Source: Chara braunii (Eukaryota > Plantae > Charophyceae). From it: a DNA stretch of 52,921 nt. The translations under genes were made by a program, and so were the position numbers. Position 1 is the stretch's first letter, and every line of letters starts with the position of its first letter. The notes below the pieces were generated by a model. That model ran no database searches. It had not been told where the DNA came from and saw nothing but the letters and a program-made list of their open reading frames with translations. The stretch covers positions 2,536,197 to 2,589,117 of the forward strand of contig BFEA01000027.1 in NCBI GenBank assembly GCA_003427395.1, read 5' to 3'. Below are positions 1 through 10,339 of this stretch, in pieces.

Positions 1-776
1 AACTGATCGAGCGTTGTGCGACTCTCTACAAGCGTTGTGCGACAATCTACGAGCGTTGTGCGACAATCTACGGGCGTTGTGCGGCTCCGGGAAAAGGGGC
101 GGGTCCTGCTATCGAGCGCCGCCGTCGTAGAAGAGTCGACAATCGGGAATGCAGACGATCTATAACTGATCGAGCGTCGTGGGACTCTCTACAAGTGATG
201 TGCGACAACCTACGAGCGTTGTGCGGGCTTGCACAATGGGAAATGCAGACGATGTATAACCGATCGAGCGTTGTGCGACTCCCTACAAGCATTGTGCGAC
301 AATCTACGAGCGTTATGCGGCTCGTACAATGGGAAATGCAGACGATCTACAACTGATCGAGCGTTGTGCGACAATCTACGAGCGTTGCGCGGCTCGTACA
401 ACGGGAAATGCGACGATCTATTACTGATCGTGCGTTGTGCGACTCTCTTCAAGCGTTGTGCGACAATCTACTAGCGTATTGCGACTCTGTAAAATGGGTA
501 ACGCAGACGATCTACAATCGATCGAGCGTTGTGCGACTCCCTACAAGCCTTGTGCGACTCCCTACAAGCGTTGTGCGACAACCTACGAGCGTTGTGCGGC
601 TCGTACAATGGGAAATGCAGACGATCTGTAACTGATCGAGCGTTTTGCCACTCCCTACAAGCGTTGTGCGACAATCTACGAGCGTTGTGCGGCTCGTACA
701 ATGGGAAATGCAGACGATCTATAACTGATCGAGCGTTGTGCGACTTTTTACAAGCGTTGTACGATTGTTGTGCGAC
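1..776. repeat. Minisatellite with higher-order structure (21-bp subunits within 72/93/114-bp units)
   Basis: GCGTTGTGCGAC(T/A)(C/A)(C/T)CTAC(A/G)A recurs, interspersed with AATGGGAAATGCAGACGATCT at about 235, 328, 400, 493, 607 and 700. Confidence 0.9.
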
Positions 777-846
777 TGGCGTCCTTGTCTTTTGTCTAAT
801 AGTTTCTGCTCCGACCTGCTATCTGCCCTCAGTAAGGTTTCCTGGC

Positions 847-1090
847 AGATATAAATCAGATGTGTATATCAGATATATAAACCGTGTCTAAATCAGATAT
901 GCAGCTCATATATACTTAGTAAATCAGATTTGTAAATCAGACAAATCGGATGTAAATCAGGTATATAAATCAGACAAATCAGATATAATGACTCAGATAT
1001 AAGCCAACTATGAGGCAGATATAAATCAGATATAAATCAAATATAAATCGACTTTCGATCAGACGAAAAGGACAAATCAGATATAAATCT
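847..1090. repeat. Degenerate ~11-bp tandem repeat (ATATAAATCAG)
   Basis: Repeated (AGAT)ATAAATCAG units. Confidence 0.8.
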
Positions 1091-1277
1091 CCCGCCCTTT
1101 GCGTCTCCCGCTCCCTTCTCTTTCACTAGTCTCAGTGATCCTTGTCCCCGGAAGATTACGTCCGCCGGCCTCTTCAGGCTCTCGCTCCGTTCTATGGCGT
1201 GTCCACCACCTCCTCCTCCACCTCCTCCTGCCCGTTTCGTCAAGTTTTCCCGATCCTTAAACCCCGTCGGAGGTTTA

Positions 1278-1326
1278 CCTCTCTCTGTCTCTCTCTCTCT
1301 CCCCCCCCCCTTCTCTCTCTCTCCCT

Positions 1327-1358
<32 letters not shown>

Positions 1359-1463
1359 ACTTGTCCTCTTTTCTCTGATTTGCTTGATCCCGTCCTTTTC
1401 TTCCACATGCTTCGATTCGCTTACATCTTTCATCCCCATTGTCTTGCCCCGAGGCGTTCGGAA

Positions 1464-1529
<66 letters not shown>
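1278..1529. repeat. (CT)n microsatellites
   Basis: CT tracts at about 1278-1337 and 1467-1529. Confidence 0.9.
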
Positions 1530-1533
<4 letters not shown>

Positions 1534-2009
1534 TTTTGTACCTCTTTGTGTTTCTCGACCATTGTACGTATCGGTATGCATTCACTTTCCTTTTTAATTT
1601 TCCTGTATTCCTCACCCCAAACCGCTTTCATCGTCCGCTGCTCGCAAGGTCTGCTTCGCCTCTGTCTTTGTGGTCCGCACCATTCGTTTGTGTGCTCCCC
1701 CCAACACTCGTCACTCATGCCTCTGCTTCCTCCCTCCCAAGTGCACCTTCTGCATCTCTCGGACCCCTTCTCTCAGCTATCCGCCCATGCGTCGTACGTG
1801 GACCTTTTCTTTTTTTTCGGTTCCCTTCTCCCTCCGCCCCCCCCCCCCCTCTCCTCTTACCATTCTCTTGATTTTTGTTCTGTCGTCCTTCTGGACATCT
1901 GTTGAACTTAGAACGATGAATAGAAGATTAGCACGGAGTTGAATTTCTCACGCAAGTTTCGCAAACGAAGTTTACAATCAATGTTCAATTGAACAAGGTG
2001 ATTCCGATC

Positions 2010-2203
2010 GGGATTGGGGAAAAAAGGGACCATTCTCGATTGGGGAAAAAAGGGACCATTGTCGATTGGGAAAAAAAGGACCATTCCCGATTGCGAAAAA
2101 AAGGACCATTCCCGATTGGGAAAAAAGGGACCATTCCCGATTGCGAAAAAAAGGACCATTCCCGATTGGGCAAAAAGGGACCATTCCCGATTGGGCAAAA
2201 AAG
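2010..2203. repeat. ~24-25-bp tandem repeat (AAAAAAGGGACCATTCCCGATTG), about 7-8 copies
   Basis: Direct tandem copies are visible. Confidence 0.9.
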
Positions 2204-3043
2204 GAGGAGGATGCAATTCCCTATGGAGGTTGTGGTAGAGCTGTGGAAGCGGCTCAGACATGAGGACTCCAAAAAAAAAAAAAAAAAGGAGGACGATAAC
2301 TGAGAAAAAAAAGACGGATAGAGCTTAGCGGCGCCGCTGAGTACGGTGGTGGAGTATGGCTCTCACCCTCGCGGCATTTCTCATGAAACGTGAAAAAAAA
2401 TGGCCATGCATGTTTACATAGAAGGTGGCAAAGTTCATCGGTTCTGCCGTCACGATGCACAATGGCCGATTTTTTATTTATTTATTTTATTTTTTTTACG
2501 AGAAAGAACACTTTTATAATGGCCGATTTACTGTATGTTTCCACACTGAAGACACACACCTCAGCGAAAAGCGAAAACCTTTGGTTATAAAAAAAAAGGA
2601 AAAAAAAAGAAGAAAAAAAAAAGAAAGAAAAAGGATCTATCTATTTTTGGTTTTTGTATTTACCCGAATATATGACTGTATTCGTACGTGATTGGTCATT
2701 ATTTTAGCAGGATTAGGCGTTGGTTCTTTGCTTTTTTTGTTAGTTTGTTTTGCTAGTCCGTTGTCTCTTAAAGTCGTTTTTGGATTTTGAGTGGTCAGAT
2801 CCAAGTCTGACATGCGTGCCAGGTGGCAGCCGCATGTCTCCCGGCGCAGTACTCTCTCTAAGTGCCTTGACATAAAAAAGGTCTGCTGATCCTAGTCTAG
2901 AAAGTGGAGAGGACGTACACACCCCATCGCTTTCTCTTCCTCACATGCGCAGAGTGATGGATCGAGGCCCGCACTCTCTTCTTTCTCCCTGGCTCTTTTT
3001 GATCCGTGGTGGGAAGTTAGGTGGATGCGGGAGTGTGGTCTGA

Positions 3044-3087
3044 CCCTTGAAAGGTGCTGGAGCGGAACCAGCCGAAGTGCGTCGGGG
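3044..3087 (+). ncRNA. Degenerate minimal type-I hammerhead ribozyme motif (oldest terminal-repeat copy)
   Basis: CCC-TTGAAAG-GT-GCTGG-AGCGGAA-CCAGC-CGAAG-TGC-GTC-GGGG-AATGTGCGC. Context and loop match the motifs at 4640 and 10295; stem II differs in sequence but still pairs; the catalytic core is mutated. Confidence 0.45.
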
Positions 3088-3167
3088 AATGTGCGCATTT
3101 TTTGGATGTTATGCTCATGATGGTTCTGTAACGATCTTCTTACGTGCATGAGCGCATAGCGGTGGCC

Positions 3168-4782
3168 TCATCGCGAGAGACTGCCCCGCGGGCAATGGAC
3201 AAGGTGCCTTTGCTGACAATACGAAGTATTGGCAATCGAGCAAGGAAAAAGAAGATAACTTAAAGCGGGTAGCCAGATGGGCAGACTACAAAATGCAGGA
3301 AGATGAGAGTAAGAAGGCAGAAGGGGAGAAGAGGAGGATAGAAGCCGAAAGGAGAAGACAGCAATTGGAAGAAGAGAGACGCAATGAGAAGATTCGAAGA
3401 TTGTTTGTTGAGTCCGAGAGAGGAAAGATGGAGGAATGCGACAAAAGAGACAGGAAGATGGATCCAAAGATCAGGAACGAATTGGAGAGCCAAATGGGAA
3501 GAGTGCAGCAGGAACTTATCCATCCTATGTTCCAGGTTTTCAATTCCTACTCGGACAAGTGAGCGGAAATTGGAGTTACTCTATTCCTATAGGTTCTAGC
3601 TTTGAAGAACGAGCTCATACGCCGGGGATATCCCCCGACGTTGTTCTTCTTCAATGCCCTAGCACCTTTGCTAAGTGCACCAGCGTTCTCAAGAAGCCAT
3701 GGTTGAGGCTACTTGAGAACCTGGTACAATGGGGTAGCAGCACGCGGCTGGAAATCTTTGAGGCAGATGTGGCCTTGAATAAGGACCGTATTTTACGAAA
3801 TAGCCATGTTTTGGTGGGGAGTTTTAGTGTAGAATTAAGATATTTTGAGTAGAAATAAATATTTGCGTGGAAATATGATGTGTAAATAATTATTGCGTAG
3901 AAATTGGATTTTTCACGAGGCCGTTAGTACTGTAGAAATAGAAAATACATATAAATGGCCGCTTTTAAACTGGTCGAAATTTGCAGATGGGATAGGGACT
4001 TTATAGAAATTTGCAGGCTCGGAATAATAAGGACTTTCGTATTTGATCTCCTATAGGTATTTTTTGAAATACGTGCCTGGTTGGCACGCTACAACACGGT
4101 GTTACCGGGCTGCGCCCGCCTAATTCCCAAAGAGTGGGAAAATTGGCTGCATGTTGGATTTTGAAATTGTATAGGTCACGCTGGGTGAGCCACGTAGTAA
4201 GAGTAGAGGCTGCGATCCATGCTGCACGAATTAAGCCAATAGAATCAGAGTAGGAAGATCGATTGTGGGAAGCGAATATCCGCGGAAAAGAGCCCCTAGC
4301 CTATGCATAGTACTATCCACACGTGAAACATGTGGTGAAAGCTGGCCTGAAGGGATAGGCATTGTGTCGACTATTGGAAACTTACGTGGACTGACTATCG
4401 GTAGCCCGTTGAGGGGCCGACACGTAACGGATCATTACGGAGTTCGGCATAACGTCTATGCGACAGAGCCGGTCGTAGCCGTAGTCGCTCGTGGAAGTGC
4501 CCATTGGGATGGGAGTACCGTGCTGGCTAGGCTTACAACTCGATGCACAATATATAGGAGGACAAGGCCGTATTGGTCCTCTATATTCAGTAAGACGGGA
4601 GGATTGTCGACGGGCCGCAAGGTAGGGTCAAGAGGTTAGCCCCCTGAGGAGGATCGGAGCGCAATCGATTGAAACACGTCCGGGAATGTGCGCGTGAGCT
4701 GAGATGAGTATGCGCGGCTATGTATTGAAGAGCTTTCGAAGCGTGTACGAAAGGCTGTTGGCCACTGTTTTCACTATTCACA
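3168..4782 (+). mobile_element. Internally deleted, older Penelope-like element copy (ORF1 fragment fused to RT C-terminus plus terminal repeat)
   Basis: 3168-3455 matches 5178-5480 (GQGAFA..TKYWQS, ADYKMQ, RRQQLEEERR.EKIR). 3458-3780 matches 8999-9364 (MDPKIRNELESQMG vs MEPKVKNELRSQMG). About 4090-4775 matches 9730-10431. Confidence 0.8.
4640..4684 (+). ncRNA. Minimal type-I hammerhead ribozyme motif (slightly degenerate)
   Basis: CCCC-CTGAGGA-G-GATCGG-AGCGCAA-TCGATT-GAAA-C-AC-GTC-CGGG: CUGANGA and GAAA cores, stem II pairing with two G.U wobbles, GUC triplet. Confidence 0.7.
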
Positions 4783-5032
4783 CTCTTCTTCTTCTTCTTC
4801 TTCTTCTTCTTCTTCTTCTTCTTTCGATGCGTGTACGAAAGGCAGTTGGCCACTGTTTTCCACTATTATGTGTAACATGGGAACCGGATGAGGGGAGATG
4901 CTCACACCGGTCGCTATGTCGACGACGTGAATCAGGAGAACGTTGAACGGACCACGTGACAGGAAGACAGCAGCAAGTTAGTTGCATCGACAACAGTTAG
5001 TAGGAGCTGTTTCATCACACGTAAGAAGAAGG

Positions 5033-6463
5033 ATGGACGGAGACAGCCATATGGAGGAGCTATCGAAAAGGTTACTGGTGAAAGGTAACGGAATGGCGCC
5101 TACTGGTCTTGCAAGAGCTGGAGCAGGCGGGGCAGGGAGCTCGATCATCTGTATTAATTGCAACCAAGTTGGCCATATTGCGAGAGATTGTCCGCTGGGC
5201 AAGGGACAAGGAGCCTTTGCGAACAACACGAAGTATTGGCAATCGAGGAAGGAGAATGAGGACAACATAAATCGAGTGGTCATGTGGGCGGACTACAAAA
5301 TGCAGAAGGAAATGGAGGAAGAGGAAAACAAGAAAAGATAGAGGAGGAGAAGAGAAAGGCAGAAGTCGAACAAAGAAGACAACAATTGGAAGAGGAAAGG
5401 CGCGAGGAGAAGATCCGGAGATGTTCGCGGAAATCGAACGAAGAATGATGGAAGAATGCGACAGAAGGGACAAAAAGATTGAAGAGGCGGAATTGCGAAC
5501 GATAGCGGCAGTGTCAAGAGATGTGCGAAATTTGAGGGCTGAGATAAGGACTGAAATCCAAATGATGTTAGCAGTGAACTCCAAGACACCGAAACGAGAC
5601 CGAGATGTACTAGCGAGCGGGCTGGATACTTGTATGATGGAGGAAGAAGTGCTGACAGACGATGGTGCGAGGATACCGCCAAAGAGAGCAAGAGGGAAGA
5701 GAAAGGCAGAAGGAAATGGAGGAAGAGGAAAACAAGAAAAGATAGAGGAGGAGAAGAGAAAGGCAGAAGTCGAACAAAGAAGACAACAATTGGAAGAGGA
5801 AAGGCGCGAGGAGAAGATCCGGAGATGTTCGCGGAAATCGAACGAAGAATGATGGAAGAATGCGACAAAAGGGACAAAAAGATTGAAGAGGCGGAATTGC
5901 GAACGATAGCGGCAGTGTCAAGAGATGTGCGAAATTTGAGGGTTGAGATAAGGACTGAAATCCAAATGATGTTAGCAGTGAACTCCAAGACACCGAAACG
6001 AGACCGAGATGTACTAGCGAGTGGGCTGGATACTTGTATGATGGAGGAAGAAGTGCTGACAGACGATGGTGCGAGGATACCGCCAAAGAGAGCAAGAGGG
6101 AAGAGAACGGCGAAGACTTTCACATCGGTAGACGACTGGGACGAGGAAGCAAGGGTTATGTCAAGGGCAGACTAGGAGAAGAGTTTGAGAAGGAAGGCGT
6201 GCACGCCCACAAGGAACGCCTACGCCGTAAATGAGACCCCTGCATCTCGCAACAGGGGGAACATCGTGCAGAATGTTCAGGAAATCAGAGCTAAGCTCAT
6301 GGTGAAGGAATGGCGTGAAGTCAAGAAGCTTTGTGAGGCGAGAAACATAACCTACATTTCTAAGGAGCAAGGTGTTCGGGAGCTGTTGAATAGATCGGCA
6401 TGGGGTGATGGCGATGTTTTGCTGGAAGAGACATGAGAACAAGAAGACATCCAAGATCAATGA
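5033..6463 (+). pseudogene. Gag-like ORF1 of the element (CCHC zinc knuckle, coiled coil, SAP/HeH-like motif), frameshifted
   Basis: CINCNQVGHIARDC fits C-X2-C-X4-H-X4-C. E/K/R-rich coiled coil, then LMVKEWREVKKLCEARNITYISKEQGVRELL (SAP-like, inferred). Acidic tail ends at TGA 6461. True start uncertain. Confidence 0.7.
5302..6109 (+). repeat. Near-identical 404-bp tandem duplication inside ORF1
   Basis: 5302-5705 is repeated at 5706-6109; ORF starts 5630 and 6034 differ by 404. Confidence 0.92.
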
Positions 6464-9364
6464 CGGTTTGTGCCCCCGGTAAGATTCATCTGGGCTTACA
6501 TTGTCGTACTTTTTTCTTTAAGGGAGACAATATGGGGGCACACAAGAGTTTTGAAGCTTAGACTGATGACTGAGAAGGCCTCCACCGCTTGTTTGGTGCT
6601 ACTAGTACTACGGGACCAGGTTCCATGGGCGAGGAAGATCGTAGACATAGTTCCACAAAATTGGAAGTGGTTCGATTGTAAGCAACCCGTGGTTTATTTT
6701 CTTGTCTCGCCATGGTGTAGAAAGATGTACATCGGTGGCCGGAACACGTTAGATGCACCGAATCTGGTACGGACGGTAAAGCACCACTACTTTACAAGTG
6801 GCTGAGAAAATTTAATTGGTGTAGATACGTCGTTATTCGTGTTGCTACCTCAGAAGTTAGTGGCCTGGAGAGCCTGGAGAAGACGCTCCTCAAAAGATTC
6901 TCACCGTCACTCAACACGCTACGAATGAAACAGAAAGGGAACACAAAGAAGAGGCTGGGAGGGAAAGGCGCTCGCGTAGAGTTGAAGGCAAGGAGAGGGT
7001 GGTCGAAGAGCGGGCACGGATCATCGTTTTTTGGATGGCGCGTAGTCGATTAGTGAATACTGGTTTAAGAATTTGTCTAGACTCGGCCTATAAGGAGGGT
7101 AAGAAGCAGATCCAGATCATTAGTGAAGGAGGTAGAGTCTGGGGGGAAGACTGGTCGCTAGTAAAGAAATTGTTTGGTACCTTGACTGTCGTGACATAGA
7201 CAGGAAAGGTAGCATTAGCCCAGTTGAGAGCCTGTTTTGAGGAGGGAGGCAGTTTCTGGATCGCCCCCATCGTCATTACACAGAACGCAAGGGACAAAGG
7301 GAAAGGTTACCTGCGGCAGCTCTTGGAGATGCCTTTCAAACGGAAAGAATTGTCGCGCATGTCGGTAGATAAACTTATGCATCTCTATAGTTGCGCGGGG
7401 ACATTTAGAGAGAAGGGAAAGAGGAAACTGATAAAGGATTTCCTGGGTAAGGCAGTGGGAAAGAAGGCTTGTGTGAATATCCGGAAGAAGATCACTGTGC
7501 AAGTTAGGTACAGGAATAGAGTAAGGAAGAGTGGCATTAGGAGCGTTCTCGTCACAAATATTTAGAGTTGTGGATTGCATCTCGCGATTGCAGGGATCTT
7601 CAAAAGCAAGGCGAGAGTAGTATGGAGAAGAAATAGAAATGTAACGTAGATCGTATGTAACTACAAGCAGTTGAGTAAGAAACCAGAGTTACCGTGTGCG
7701 TGTAAGCAACATGACTTACCTATCGTTAGTGGCCACGTGATCACAAGGGTAGCCGATGTCCCAGGGCTCCCAGCCCTGGTTCACAATGGGAAAAACGTGG
7801 TCCGCCCCAAGTGTGAGACAACAAGGGAGGAAGTCAGCAGCAGCATACGACTTGCGCTAATAGCAGTGCTTGGGAGTTGGTTTGATAAGCAATTGCCCGA
7901 TTTCCAAACTAGCTCTTGTTCTCGTCAGAACGGAATGAACGGTGCGGCGCGGACGAAGGGGTAGTCTACGCCATCAAGAGACGTTATAAGGATCTGGTAA
8001 TTACGCAGGTTGACAGGAACGGGGGAGATCTGGTGCTGATGTGCCCTTCTTCAGACCAACATGGCTTGGACAAAATGTTCACCTGGAGTGCAGCCTATGA
8101 TGTGGTTAGTCGCGGCGAAGCGGAAACATTGAAGGAGATGAAGCGCAAATTTGTAAGTCTTGATTTGCACAAGCTGGTGAACCGGAACTTGAAGGGGAAG
8201 ATCGGTAGTCCGTACGTACTACCCAAGCACAAGGATCTTGAACGGTGGCGACCCATAGCTCCAGCTTACAGCGAACCCACGATGACAGGCAGGCGTTGGA
8301 TCGCAAGGGCGCTCAACTACTTATTGGAGAAGCTCCCAGGAGCAAAACATTTCAACCTCAATGCGACAGCCTCGCTCAAGCAAAATTTGAAGAAAGCTGA
8401 GAAGAAGCTTCACTTATTCGGAGGTGAGACTGACGATATGCGGGGGATTCGACATTAAAGAGATGTTTACATCCCTTTCGCATGCGGCTATCATGGAGGC
8501 CTTATCCTGGTTGTTGGGCGGATGGGAGACGGTATGCAAAAGAAGAAAGCAGGTTTTCCTCGGCGTGAAATTGTTTGGGAAAGGCTACGTTAAGTTCCCA
8601 TTCAGTTTTATTCGGAGCTTTGTAAGCTTCGAACTGCAGCACAGCTACACCAAGTGTAGAGGGAAGCTGTTCAGACAAGTCATTGGAGTACCAATGGGGA
8701 GGAATTCCAGCCCACCATTGGCTTGCCTGCTATGTGCAAAGTACGAAGGAGTGTTCCTGAAGTCATTTGGAAGTGACCGCAAGCTCGTCCATGGAGTAAG
8801 GTTCATGGACGATGCGGTATTGGCAGTTGCATTCAACAGAAGGAAAGGAGGGTCAGTCAGTAAGGCGCTGGAGATAATGGAGAAGTTCCGGACTGCTACG
8901 GGGATAAGCTATCATTAGTCCGTACAGATGACGGATCTAACACCGTCGAATTCGTTGGGGCAAGGATTACGAACGTGCCAGGAAAAACCAAGTTCCTCAT
9001 GGAACCTAAGGTCAAGAATGAACTGAGGAGCCAGATGGGAGGAGTGCGGCAGAAACTCGCTCATCGATGTTTCCTGGATTTTGACTCCTACTCCGACAAG
9101 CGTGCGAAGATCGGGGTTGTGATCGGCAGTCTCTGCCGTATCCAACAAATGGCGAACAACGAGAGTACGCTAATCTTACCAGTTCTAGCAATAAAGAACG
9201 AGCTCTCACGCCGGGGATACCCCCCGGCGTTCTTCTTCAAAGCCCTAGCACGATTTGCTAAGGGCACTGGAGTTTTGAAGGAGCCCTGGATGAGGCTACT
9301 TGAGAACCTGGTACACTGGGATAACAGTGCGCGACCGAAAATTTTGTGGCGAATGCAGCCTTGA
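6464..9364 (+). pseudogene. GIY-YIG endonuclease plus Penelope-type reverse transcriptase (disrupted)
   Basis: PVVYFLVSPWCRKMYIG, then after a frameshift EHVRC..LYKWL..LESLEKTLLKRFSPSLN (GIY-YIG). Linker PCACKQ..GHV. RT motifs YVLPKHKD..RPI, FDIKEMFTSL, RQVIGVPMGRNSSPPLA and RFMDD. C-terminal ELSRRGYP. Confidence 0.9.
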
Positions 9365-10294
9365 ACCAGGCACCGTAATTACGGAATTTGCTTGGATTGT
9401 AGCGAGATTTTTTTCGAAATTAGGGATTAAAGTAGGATTTGTCTGAGCAGCGGGTGGAAAATTTTGCAGTAGACCGGTTCTGCCGTTCAATTTAAAAATT
9501 GGCCGCGTAATTAGCAGTAAGATGTTACACCATAGGATATTTTGGAGGCCCGTTTCTCAAACGGCTTGCGTAGGACTTTATTAAAAAAGCTAGCGGGCGA
9601 GATAGGAATTCCTAGGGTATCTTGTAAATTAAAGGTTGGATGTTTATTTGAATTTGAATTTTTAACTTTAGGCGCACGTGGCACCGTTTATTTTGGTGGC
9701 AGACCCCACTGCCAGTTAGGCATCGGAGTCACGGTGCTACTGGACAGTACCCGCCTAATCTCTGAAGCGGGAATTCGGACTGCATGGCGAGTTTGAATTT
9801 GAAAAAGTCGCACACGGCATGTGTGTAACTGACTGAACCGGGCCATGTAATAGGGATAGAGCCTGCGATCCATGCGACACGGATCAGTCCAATAGGAATT
9901 AAGGTGTAGGAATCGAAGGAGGCATATGAACGTTGGAAAGACTAGGAGTGCGCCTAGCCAGCATAGTACCCCGTACATGTGATACATGCGGCGAAAACTA
10001 GTCCTTAGGTGTAGATAATATGTCGAGGATTGCAAACCTACGTGGATTGACTATCTGCGGCCCGTTGAGGGGCTGACACATAACTGATTCTCACCGAGCT
10101 CGATATAACGTCTATACGGCAAGGCAGTCGTAGCTGTAGTCGCTTGTGGAAGTGCCCGTTGGGGTGGGAGTACCGTGCATGCTAGGATGACTACTCGATG
10201 GACAGCATATAGGAGGACAAGGCCGTATCGGTCCTCTATACTCAGTAAGATGGGAGGATAGACGGTGGTGCCGCAAGGCGGGGAATGAGGATAG

Positions 10295-10339
10295 CCCCCT
10301 GAGGATGATCGGAGCGCAACCGATCGAAACACGTCGGGG
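10295..10339 (+). ncRNA. Minimal type-I hammerhead ribozyme with intact core
   Basis: Stem I CCCC(10295-98)/GGGG(10336-39); CUGAGGA 10299-10305; stem II GAUCGG/CCGAUC with loop AGCGCAA; GAAA 10326-29; vestigial stem III; GUC with predicted cleavage after C10335. Confidence 0.85.

Noticed and set aside
1-776. CRISPR-like repeat array
   Set aside because: The intervening sequences are themselves repeated (no unique spacers), there are no cas genes, and the context is eukaryotic.
6173-7650. Selenocysteine recoding of the element's in-frame stops (reported for some Naiad elements)
   Set aside because: Most internal stops are TAG and come with frameshifts, which indicates decay, and I recognised no SECIS. 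Not fully excluded for TGA 6461.
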